Shown piece by piece: positions 25,311-35,810 of a stretch of DNA of 63,952 nucleotides. The stretch covers positions 40,054,001 through 40,117,952 of the forward strand of contig OZ076409.1 of assembly GCA_964187785.1 (NCBI GenBank), written 5' to 3'. This DNA comes from Amphiscolops sp. MND2022. Taxonomy: Eukaryota. The notes under the pieces were generated by a model. That model saw only the letters and a list, made by a program, of their open reading frames with translations. It ran no database searches and was not told the origin of the DNA. How positions within the stretch are numbered: the stretch's first letter is position 1; each line of letters opens with the position of its first letter. Position numbers and translations under genes: made by a program.

Positions 25311-26171
25311 TCAAACTAATTTGTCGAACTCGAAGTTGCTGAAAATTGCGGAAGAAATTGGCTACAGCGTTTCAACTCAAATGAAGCCTTTTTCTTCAAC
25401 GTAATAAAAACGCATTTTTTAATTGCTTGATTTGATCCTTGAGCAAGTTTAATTACTTTCAAGTTTGAACCAAAATGTCTTCGATTGGAAAAAACTGTGA
25501 CCGAAGCTGCGGGTTTGAATACGATCATATGATTTTTGGCCATTTCTTTATACTGTTCAAACCACTTAATTGTTGTGGAACAGTCAAAGATGGTACAAAA
25601 AGTATTTCAATCAGCTCAAGTCTTTGTTAATTACTTCGAACGTAAACACAGTTCATAAATGCATATCAGTGTTTCAGACGAATTCGCCAATTAAAATCTA
25701 ATGATGCAATAAAAGCTATGATTGAGAGCATAAAAATCTGAAAACATTAGACAACGAAAAAACCAAATGGACGAAGGACTTTTTATTAACTCTGTCTTAG
25801 AAATTATATTTTAAAGTTTTAATAGTGTGTCAGTGTGTTTCCTGAGGAAGTTTTAAGTCTCCAATAGAAAAATGTTGAAAGCCTATATGGTAACTTCATA
25901 GACTTTTTCAATTTTTACGACAAAGCACCCAAATTAAATTCAGTACCCTTCAATTAGACTTCGCTATCACTCAATCTTTGAAATTGGATTGGCTCGCAAA
26001 AATTGCGATGACTAATTTGGGTATTGTACTAAAAATTTTCATTTTAATCGTGCGTGTTGAATGAGATTTGAGGAAACTGTGGAAAGAGAGAACGTTCAAC
26101 TTAAATCTATAGGTTGAGCGTGCCAGTTGAGAAGCAGTGATTACATCACGGGAGTGCCTTAGGTGTCAAAG

Positions 26172-26321
26172 TGTGACCCCGTACTGATACTACAGGACAA
26201 CCCACTGATGATCACCCATGGACCACTAATGACCATGGGTTGAAATTGATTAGCCCCTTTTAATACCTTTCGGGTCGGTGTCCATTGGTGGGTTGCCAGG
26301 AGTCTCAGGAATGCGGTCACA
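26172..26321. mobile_element. Small MITE-like inverted repeat (~150 bp)
   Basis: TGTGACCCCGTACTGATACTACAGGACAACCCACTGATG pairs imperfectly with the reverse complement of 26283-26321. Confidence 0.5.
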
Positions 26322-27867
26322 GCCTTTTATGTTGCTCGGTGAACAAAAAAAATTCGAAGCTCAAAAATTCGACTTGAATTATGCAACAAGCTCAAAAATA
26401 TTGGATTTTTTTCATTTTCGTCGAAAAGAGCGTTAAATGACAGCTGTTTTGTATTGTAACAATTAATTATTTTATAGTAAAAACTATGCCTTGTTTTATG
26501 CCCAATTTCAAATAGACAAAATAATAGATACAGCCAATTCAAAATTTGTTTATACTGTTCTTTTGCAATTACGTTAACTGTTCGTAGTTAACTGTTGTCG
26601 GGCATTTTTTTCTGAAATAAAATGAAGAAAATTTATTTTCTCATTCACAAAACTCGATAAGAACGAATATTAAAGAACAACCATATACAGTGTTTTAGCT
26701 CGTTTTATATTTACTAATGTACATGCAGCATTAATGAATGTAATTACATTCACATGTGTGGCATTTTGAATTTCAAAATACTGGTTTGAAAATTCTGACA
26801 ATTTAAGCAACCCAAGTTACAAAATCTGATGTCATTAAAAATTTATGAGAAAATTTGTTCATTCTTGTTCCTCCGAGTTTATCAAATATTCACGAAATCC
26901 ATCGAATGAGATTTTACACGAACTTGGTGAAAAGTTGCATCAAAAATTTTTAATTAGTGAACAATGAAGCTGTGGTTTTACCATGGTAGGTGGAGTCAAG
27001 GTTTCATGTTGCGAGTTTTCTTTTCGTTCAGAAAATCAATCAATTTTTGAGCAGATTCGAGAAGGAGCTTCTCCTAAATGTTCATTTTAATGGCAGATGT
27101 TTCTCTGCGACAGTTTTCCAACCACCTTTGAAAATTTGCTCGAAAACGATAAAATTTGTGAAGATATGTTTTGGATTCAATGCCTGGATAAGTCTGTGTT
27201 AGCTTTTGCTGGAGACAGCGTATAGAAGTACCTTACGAACATGTGTGTCATCGTCTCGCATGGCAGGGCTTGGGAAAAGTCATGCATGGAAAACACAAAA
27301 GGAGGAAACAAATTGGTTATTCTGACTCATCAATCGAGGCGGAGATGGAAATAATATCCTTCTGAGGGCAGAAAACTGAAAATGAAATTATTTTTTTTAT
27401 AAAGTAGAAAATAGAAGTTCTAGCTTCTGATCATCAAAAAACTACTCTACAATTTCAGTCATTCAACTTCCAAATTGAAAGAAAAAACATTTGAGAGCCT
27501 TCATACGTTATTGTCACCAGCTCGTTAACAGTAACGTTTCTCTTATTTTTCCTCGTGACCTATTTTATAGGTAACTGATTTTTTGACGGTCAAATTGACC
27601 TATTTAGAAGAAAAAGGTGGGTAAAAAAGTTAAAATCAGAAAACCACAGTCTGTTGATATTCAGGAGAAATTTGTTCAAGAAGCAGCATTTCGGTTGGAA
27701 AAAGTCGGTCTGTTAAAAAACAAATAGAACAAACATAAATAGTAGCTTTATTCCGAATTCTGTTATAGTCTAAACAAGTATTTTTGACAAGTATATGCAG
27801 TTTTCTTTTGGAACATGTTCGAATATTTTGTTCTGCATAATCATGGAATTAGTAAATTCAATTTCAG

Positions 27868-28120
27868 ATTTCACCGCGTTGCCTTCCAAGAAGAGCTTTG
27901 GTAGCAGTGACGTCATGGGGCTAAGAGAGAGGAGTCTGATGGACTCCCTGGGCAAACTGACGGGCGACGGGGAGACAACGGATGAGCGCAAATTGTCAGG
28001 CCCTTCGGCATTCCTGCTGCCTCCCCTGCCAGATACTTTGAGGAAAATCAGCGAACCCACTTTCATTCACAGCTCCACAGCAGCTCAGCCCAAACACAAA
28101 AAAATATCATTGCAATCCAG
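27868..28120 (+). CDS. Probable host-gene exon
   Basis: TTTCAG| acceptor (phase 1) and CAG|GTGCGT donor (phase 2); GC-rich open frame FTALPSKKSFGSSD..RKISEP. Confidence 0.65.
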
Positions 28121-28294
28121 GTGCGTATAGGTATTTGAATCAGTAATTTTGTAAATTCAAGTTCCAAATTATTCCAAATTACAGCCTTGAACCTTGAAAC
28201 AATCGTTTTTTGACCACTCGAAATTTCACTCGAAACCTGTCAAACAACTCAATATAACTTTTAAAAAATGCTTATATGATCACTGTGAAAACAG

Positions 28295-28540
28295 GGAATC
28301 TTTCATACCCACATGGCGTGAACAGAGCCAGTTGAATCTGCAGAAGAGACAGCAGAGCCAGTCTCTGGACACGATGCCCCAAGTGTCCAGCTCCCCCTGG
28401 GCCAGCAATAGCACTCTGCCCACCGCAGACAGAGCACTGCCGCCAAAGAAGCTATACCCCGACAATGCGAGGGGCACCAGTAGTAGAAAGTACGCCATCA
28501 ATTTCTGTCATCTTGCAGACGCGCCCCTCTCTTTTGCCAA
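28295..28540 (+). CDS. Probable host-gene exon (3' boundary uncertain: 28489 or 28540)
   Basis: ACAG| acceptor in phase 2 matches the previous exon (R-ESFIPTWRE..); candidate donors GTACGC (28490) and GTGAGT (28541). Confidence 0.55.
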
Positions 28541-29476
28541 GTGAGTTTTTGTCTCTCGCAGCCTCCCTGGAAAAATGAAAAAAGCTTTAAAAGCCAGAAA
28601 CTGTAGTTCAAAACAAGGTGAGATTTTCAGTTGAGATGGCTCAGAGTGAAATGAGGAAAAATAGAAGAAAAATCGGAAAAGTCATTAAGAGTTTACCAGG
28701 GTTAAAACTATCATTTGGTTTCAATTGAAATCCGATCTGATAAAAGTGCGATTTTAGCGGGTCACGGACGGGATCAAAGAATGTTTCGGTACGTGTATGA
28801 AAAAGTCGGAATTTGCAAAAGAAAATAATTCAAGCATGTAAACTTCCAGTTTCTCCCAGCTCACCTTCAAGCAAGTTCTTAATCTCTAGCTTCGTTGAAA
28901 AAGCAAAGCTGAGCTGACAGACAATCTGACTTTGAAATCACCTTTTTGGTGTCGATCATTGGTGTACCACGAGGACCAGATGGTTGCATGTTCGGTATCT
29001 TAGCTTGCTTTCGAAAAGAGTTCAAACTGCAACAGGTCGCCTCACAATTATCAACCCAAAATAAGCATGGTTTTGAGAAATTGGAACTAAAATTATTAAG
29101 TTGTCATATCTCATTTGCCATTATAAATTAGGAGGCCGCAGTCCTATCAGACCTTACGATGCTAGCTCAAGACGCAAGGGCTCTCTTGATACACTAGGGT
29201 ACCAAAAAACTAAAAACATTTGATTTCAAAGTTCAAATCGCAATAATTTTTTCCATAATCAATACACACAAAAGTCATTGGAGCAAAACCTTCTCGAACT
29301 TTGGTCAGAATTCCAGGGGTATTTTTCAACCCACACTAAAAACTTGTAGAAAACAACAAAGTTAGTAGCTAACAAAAGTCCGCTAGTTTTGACGTTTGGT
29401 GTTTTTCCAAAATTATCATGCATTATCTCGAGAAATGTTGTTCTCAACAAAAAGCGACAGAGGCAAACTTTGTATC

Positions 29477-31295
29477 TGTAGAAAATTTAGATTGCCTGGG
29501 CGGAGAGAAATTTCCAGGAATCTTACTCTATCAGAATAAAAGAATTTTTGGTGAGTAAGTTCAGTTCTTTTTATCGTGCATGCAAAATCTCTCCGGTAGC
29601 TCAAATTATTCGGCTCTCTTGAAGTGACTAAGAAATTTTCGAGTTCAATAAAGAAAGTCAAATCTTTTTCAGTAACAATTGTCACGAATTGCCAATTATC
29701 AGCCAACTCAGTTGAACGGCAAAACACAAATTACCGACTTGCAGAAACCTAATTTCTGCCGGAGCTACCGACGAATCAGTTCTTTTCGCTTCGACTCAAC
29801 TTGCTTGTAGCTCTCGAACTCGGTTTTGCCTCTTCCAGTATATTCCAATCATGCTTGTTCATCGCCCGGGTTCCTAGTGATCTGATTTTCACATTCTATC
29901 ATACTTAACGTTTGCATAATATCGGGCATCGGCATCCAAGGTTTGAGTGCAGTCGTTCTTATGTTTACATCTCCTTTTCTGGTATGTCAACAGCCTCTAA
30001 ACATACTTCGACTAAACATTCTTTGCCACCAATGACAAAGACTGTAACAGCTTGTCCGAAGTTCACAACCCGTAAAAATTCAAGTCTCCTAAGATACATC
30101 TAACGTCAGGATAGTCGCTCAATGACCTCCAAGTGGGAGGTTTATTTCCGTCATTCTAAGTGTGTTTCCTCGCAAGTCCTTTGGCCAAACTGAAATGAAT
30201 AATGTATCACGCATGTCAAGCTCGTTCAATGTTTTCATGTACGTCTTCCTATATGTTCAGGGGCCGCCCCTGATGTGACCTTGAGGTTCGCCCGTGGACT
30301 TGAAGTTGTTTGTGGCCATCCAAAATGCTACATAGAAATGTATAGGGTCCTAGGGTTAATGATTCCCGAGTAACATGATATGCGTATAGTTTGTTTACTT
30401 GGAGCGCTTACCCCCGAACGGGTCTCCAGTACAATGTCAATCACGTTAGTAATCAACTACAATCGTTATTGCGTCTCTCTGGAGGTATTACAAGGTCAAA
30501 TGCAGAAACCGGTCCCACATTCCTCGAATAAACAATAATCCGCGCGTGATGGGCCGAATAATGTAACTTCCATGTATTTTACATAGGGTTGGTTGGTGAG
30601 TATCTTGGACAAATTGCATGATCATTGGATCAACTGGTGACGGTGTACTTGACTTCGGGGGTTTCACATTGTGTCAGCGCCCAAGCTTTCGCGTATCTCA
30701 TGGTTCAAGAAATTTGCAAAAATGGCTCAAACTTAGATTGGGTATCACTTCCATTCAAAGTATCACTTCTTTCGAGCTCAGCCAAAGCTCCTTTGGACCT
30801 AGTTAACTTACTGTACTAATATCTGGGGGTCGCAACTCGGTTCCAATTTTATTAACGCGTAACATAACAGCTCATGTATTTGTGTGCAAAATTTCAGCTC
30901 TCTACGATTAACGGGGGGGGGGGGGTGTTTGCAGGTTTTGTCAAACTTGATTTGCCCGTATAATATGTTCAGAATGTTTTCGGTCGAAAAACGAACTCAA
31001 GTTAAACAACGTCAAAGTTGAATTTCACTCCAAGAGATCAACTCTGACTTAACCGATTCGAAACATTTTATTGCTGACGTCAAATCTATATTTGAGAGCT
31101 AGAAAGTATCGTCTACTAAGTATACACCAGGTTTGCTAAATAGCCCCTAATAAAACACGTTTTGATTAGCCCTTTCAGCTGCTTTTACTAATTGAGCGGT
31201 CTCGAAACGTGATAAACATAGTTATGTCTATCGTGTGGGCTTCGCGCAAAAACACTTGGAGTTTTATAGAAATGCCGGAATCTAAACTTTCCTCA
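29477..31295 (-). mobile_element. Diverged solo LTR related to the 17683-25235 LTRs
   Basis: Collinear similarity throughout (e.g. tgaccttgag, catgatatgcgtat, ctctgactta.ccgattcga, cttcgcgcaaaa); TG..CA ends; flanks GTATC/GTATG (4/5 TSD match). Confidence 0.8.
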
Positions 31296-33109
31296 GTATG
31301 CTTGCTTCAAAACTCCGACGTTTTAGTTGAACACGTTTTCTGAAAACGCCCTCCTTAAGATTATACACCGCAAAATGGTAACAAAATGCGAAATCTTTAG
31401 TTTTTGCTCAGTGAAAATTCTAATTCGACTAATTTCCAAACGTTTTTGCCTGTTCATTCTTTCGGAAAGCATATTCAGAATGACTGTTAAAATCGAAAGT
31501 TAAAAAACGGCGTTATCGAGACACCGATGATCGAACACATTATCCAAGGAGGTTTTTCTTCTGACCCGTAATCTCTGAGGTAATGCCTAATGAAGTTCAG
31601 AAAATTCCAAAAGTCTTCTCTCCGAAATACAAGGTGATATATCTTTTTAAATTGCGATTCGATTTTAAAAAAACTACCGCTGTAATTCGTATCAGAATTT
31701 GAGTGAGCTTTGCTTCTGAGACTTTTTTGTAAAAATGAATTTATTAAAATATTACGCGCCTTGAAATTTTCCGTTTCAGCGTCCTCAGCGTTTTGGTACC
31801 CAGTGTAACTCAGTGTAACCCACAGTCAGATTTTAGAACATCATCTCAGGATTTTAACCTGAAAAGAGCTTCACCGAGTTCATCGAATGGTCGTTAGGAC
31901 TCACTTTTCAACTTCATGTGAGATATTTTGGGGTGTTTTTTTGCTGAAACTAGGAAACATGCCAGCCAGTTTTTCTGAGTTCAAGAGATCTGCAAACTTT
32001 TTTGTGCCATTCCTGGGGTCTTTTCGACCGATATAAAAATACACATCATCTCAACTTGAGAGATTGACCTAGAAAATTCCGGCTTTTTTATTGACCTGAA
32101 ACCACCATAATGCTTTCAGCCACTATTTGCAAGAGCGCAACAAAGAACAGCTGGATTACCGGACTATTTGTTCTTTCTGGCTGCAGCATCTGGAACACTT
32201 TGAGCAGTTCTACCAGATAAACGAGAGTCTCAGTCTCCACAGTCCTCAAGAGGAGATTTATGACGAAACTTGGGATGAGTTATAACTAAATTATAACAAA
32301 ACTCCCTTTTGCCACCGCCATATTAGTGCTCGCAGAGTTGTTAACTAGTTATTAGAAAAATTGGCACAAACAGAGGTTAATCATCAAAAACAACATCAAA
32401 CATTTCATAGTAATTTCAAGGATGCCTCAAATGAAACTAATTCCAGTTATGAATGGTTTGCGAAACTTGCCTTAATCAAGTATCAGAGGTTTCGGAACTA
32501 TCCTTATTATCAGTGGTTTTGGAAGTTTGTCTGCAATGAAACAAGTTTGGCTTCAGAAGAAAAAAATGTCATTTAGTAAGCAATCGAAGGACAACTTTGA
32601 AAAGCGGTTGGAAATTGGAAATTGAAAATTGACAATGCACAAAAATAGATTTAATAGATTTCCGGTGCAATGAGAGTAACTGCTGCTAATTTTAACCCAA
32701 TAGTAGAGAACAATGTCTGACTGGTTGGTATATGGTGATATACGTTTTTCAAATTTTATATTTTACTACAAAAAAGTAGATATATTTTCAAACATCCATC
32801 TCGTTTTCTAAAACCAAAAGTGCAGAACAAGGTAACTCAATTTGCCGAATTTCAGTGCCTCAGAAAATTATGAATTGAGGCCACAAATATCTCGTCAATC
32901 TCTCACAAGTCTAAAATTGGCGCCAAGCTAAAATCTCAAACAGTGCAACGTCTTTTGAATATGCTAAGATGCTGTTTTCATGAAAAGTCTCAAAATCTCA
33001 CACTACTGAAATAAATACAGAGAGAGACCATAGAAACGGAAAAAATTCTCCAATCCGCAGCTTTCAAAACAACCAAATGGGCGGCAATAAAAAAGTTTTT
33101 CGAAGTCTC

Positions 33110-34669
33110 TGTCCCAGGCGTCCGCCTGTGATGGCAACACATACTCAATCTGCCATAGCTACAAGAAAGCAGAACCCTTCACCCTTCCATTAAATTAGAA
33201 AACTTACAAGGAAAACTATTATTGTTGCTCTAAAAGGTCATGTAAAACTCTATATATTTCATTTTGTGCAAGTTATATTATGTAATTCTATGCATTAATA
33301 CGAGTTAATTGGACACCAAGGCGTACAGGTAAAGGAAACGCGTTCAAATGTTTTCTTGCCTGTCGCCTTGGTCCGCAAGTCCGACTAACTCGTCATCCAA
33401 TCATAGCGCAGTGTTATGTAACCTTTACTCGTGCTAGCTTAATAGAATTAAAAGACTAGACAGCTATATGCCGCCTGCTAATAAAGCGCTGGGCTGTACC
33501 AGTCTATTGGACACTGAGTCCGCGCTTTAATTGAGAGTGCTATTCTATCTAGCAGTACTGGTTATGTAATAGATAATCTTTTGATAGCTAATAAAAGGCG
33601 CTATTAGTCCTCAAAGGACTGATTTAATATTTTAGACTTAGTTTGATGGTGTTGCTTTATATGTAATTTGCGCAATATATTTAGAATATATGTAAAATTA
33701 CTATCTATACATGTAATAAGCATTTCATACATGTAATATGTATTTCATACATGTAGCACGTTGCTTAGTATGCATGTAAGCAGTTGCTTGTCCTAACGGA
33801 CTCATGGTCCCACCGCCACATTTGCCGCCAAGAGGGACCTTTGATCTACATGATGTAATGTTGACGTTGCCTGCTATTTATAGATTGTAGCTATATTTAG
33901 AAAGCCTTTAAGGCTATTTTTAGATTATGACCACCATTTTATTGAGTGTCATGCAAATTCAAATATATATAACCGGGACTGGTGGGCCCGGGGACAGAAT
34001 TATCCTGATGATACTTTGATGTGTTACTGTTGCGAATTGTTTATTAAAACTACCCGTTCATTTTCACTTTGCAAGCCCAAGATATTAATTTAAATTCTTG
34101 CCTCTTGCAATAATCTCTTATGCCTTCTACTAGACGTCAGAAAGCCAAAGCTAGGAGATCTAGAGAAATGGACATACTGTCCGACTATGATAACCTAGAT
34201 GTGATGCTGGGAAATGAAAATAACAATCCCATTGAAAGAGAACTAGCTGAAGCAATAGATCAGTCATCGGCCCACGGGGACGGTGATACAAACGTGTACC
34301 ATGAAAATGAGTTTAGAGATTACTTACATGAAAATGAACCTTTGAGACAAAACGAAGTCAGGCAATCCTTTGAAGCCTTTTCAAGTGAGTTTAATCTTAG
34401 ATTATCTCAAGAAATGGAATCTATGATGTCAATAATGCATAGCCAAATAAATAGAGCTATATCGACAGCTATAGCTGAAAGAGTTATTCCAGAAATACAG
34501 AATATTGCAAACTCGATGTCCTCTATGGGACACAGGGACACTGAGGCCAGTTCGTCCCCGAATAGCCAGGAAAACAGGGAAAGCGCACCCGGGCCTAAAA
34601 TAAAAATTGCAAAGAAAGATTCAAGATCTGTAGGTGACTTAAGAGATACCATGGGTCATGGTTCTTACA
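33110..34669 (+). repeat. 5' LTR (1560 bp)
   Basis: Near-identical to 47153-48712 (about 4 substitutions seen by eye); TG...CA termini. Confidence 0.96.
33964..34048 (+). promoter_or_regulatory. Candidate LTR TATA box (33964-33972) and ATTAAA poly(A) signal (34043-34048)
   Basis: TATATATAA followed about 70 nt later by ATTAAA, both upstream of the gag ATG; order fits U3-R-U5. Confidence 0.4.
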
Positions 34670-35808
34670 TGGTGACAGGAGCTACCGACACCCAACCGCA
34701 AATTCCCGAATTTCTGACCGGACGAATCCACTCAATCCCGAACCTAGAGAGACAACAATCTACACACAATATCTCTCTGGACACGACTCTGCCAGCCCCG
34801 GCCCCAGAGGCTCCTGAACCTCCTCAGGACCCGTTTAATAGATTAGCCGACGTATTGGTCAATTTGCAAAACAAACCGCAATCTATGACCATCAGACCCG
34901 TACAAACAACCCCGATGACATTTGATGGGAAAAGTGAGAAATTTGAGCTCTTTGAGGACTTGTTCCATACGATGATCAAAATGCAGCCCACAATGACAGA
35001 ACAAATGAAAATTAATCACTTTCATTCTTTGCTACGAAAGGGAGCATTACAGACATTCAGGAACATAAACTCAATCAACCGTCAAACTCTCGAGGACGTA
35101 CTGGTCATATTCCGGAGGAAATATGTCAAACCGGAATCACAAGCAACAGCAAAGCATAAATGGCACCGATTAACCTTCGACCCAAGTACAATGAAACTAC
35201 CAGACTTCTTGGAAGAACTGAACCAAGGTGCAGAAAAAGCATTTGGGGAAAACGCTAAAAGCATGATCGACAGCTTGTTATACGCGAAATTACCCCCAAA
35301 ATTGAAACGATCTGTCAACATGGCCCGTCTGGAGAATGGCACGTATGAAGAAATAGTAGCTCATCTTGAAAGAGAACTGGAACTCAATGCATTAGAAGAG
35401 TCAGATGATCTGCCAATGGCCACTATGGCCTCGGCGTCCACGAGCCATAACAACTTATTGTCCAATGGTATCAACACAAATAAAGACGCCCAATGCTCAT
35501 ACTGCAAAGCGACAGGTCATTATTACAAAAACTGCCCGAAACTCAAGAAGAAAAAGGAAATGGAGGACAAAGACGGTAAAAAACCTCAACGTCCAACTTA
35601 CCCACCGTGTGACACATGTGGCAAAAAGAACCACCCAACCGAAAGATGCTGGCAAGGCGCTGGCGCCCACCTGCGACCCAAAAGGATGCAGACAGAACAA
35701 AATGACCGAAATGCTATAGACTCCGAAGGAAAGCCTAAAAAAGCAAATGACTCAGAAACGGCTACTTCAAGCCAATCCAATACTAAAAAATCTGATTCAA
35801 AAAACTAA
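34120..35808 (+). CDS. gag: Gag (562 aa), two CCHC zinc knuckles
   Basis: Capsid-like region (FDGKSEKFELF...), CSYCKATGHYYKNC and CDTCGKKNHPTERC (both CX2CX4HX4C), located upstream of pol. Confidence 0.93.
   Translation: MPSTRRQKAKARRSREMDILSDYDNLDVMLGNENNNPIERELAEAIDQSSAHGDGDTNVYHENEFRDYLHENEPLRQNEVRQSFEAFSSEFNLRLSQEMESMMSIMHSQINRAISTAIAERVIPEIQNIANSMSSMGHRDTEASSSPNSQENRESAPGPKIKIAKKDSRSVGDLRDTMGHGSYMVTGATDTQPQIPEFLTGRIHSIPNLERQQSTHNISLDTTLPAPAPEAPEPPQDPFNRLADVLVNLQNKPQSMTIRPVQTTPMTFDGKSEKFELFEDLFHTMIKMQPTMTEQMKINHFHSLLRKGALQTFRNINSINRQTLEDVLVIFRRKYVKPESQATAKHKWHRLTFDPSTMKLPDFLEELNQGAEKAFGENAKSMIDSLLYAKLPPKLKRSVNMARLENGTYEEIVAHLERELELNALEESDDLPMATMASASTSHNNLLSNGINTNKDAQCSYCKATGHYYKNCPKLKKKKEMEDKDGKKPQRPTYPPCDTCGKKNHPTERCWQGAGAHLRPKRMQTEQNDRNAIDSEGKPKKANDSETATSSQSNTKKSDSKN
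34670..34682 (+). promoter_or_regulatory. Primer-binding site TGGTGACAGGAGC (probably tRNA-Leu type)
   Basis: TGG directly after the LTR CA; its complement ends CTCCTGTCA-CCA, close to tRNA-Leu 3' ends. The tRNA identity is tentative. Confidence 0.75.
35799..35805 (+). promoter_or_regulatory. -1 ribosomal frameshift slippery heptamer A AAA AAC
   Basis: X XXY YYZ heptamer in the gag frame immediately before the gag TAA; pol lies in the -1 frame and is open across the site. Confidence 0.8.
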
Positions 35809-35810
35809 TT

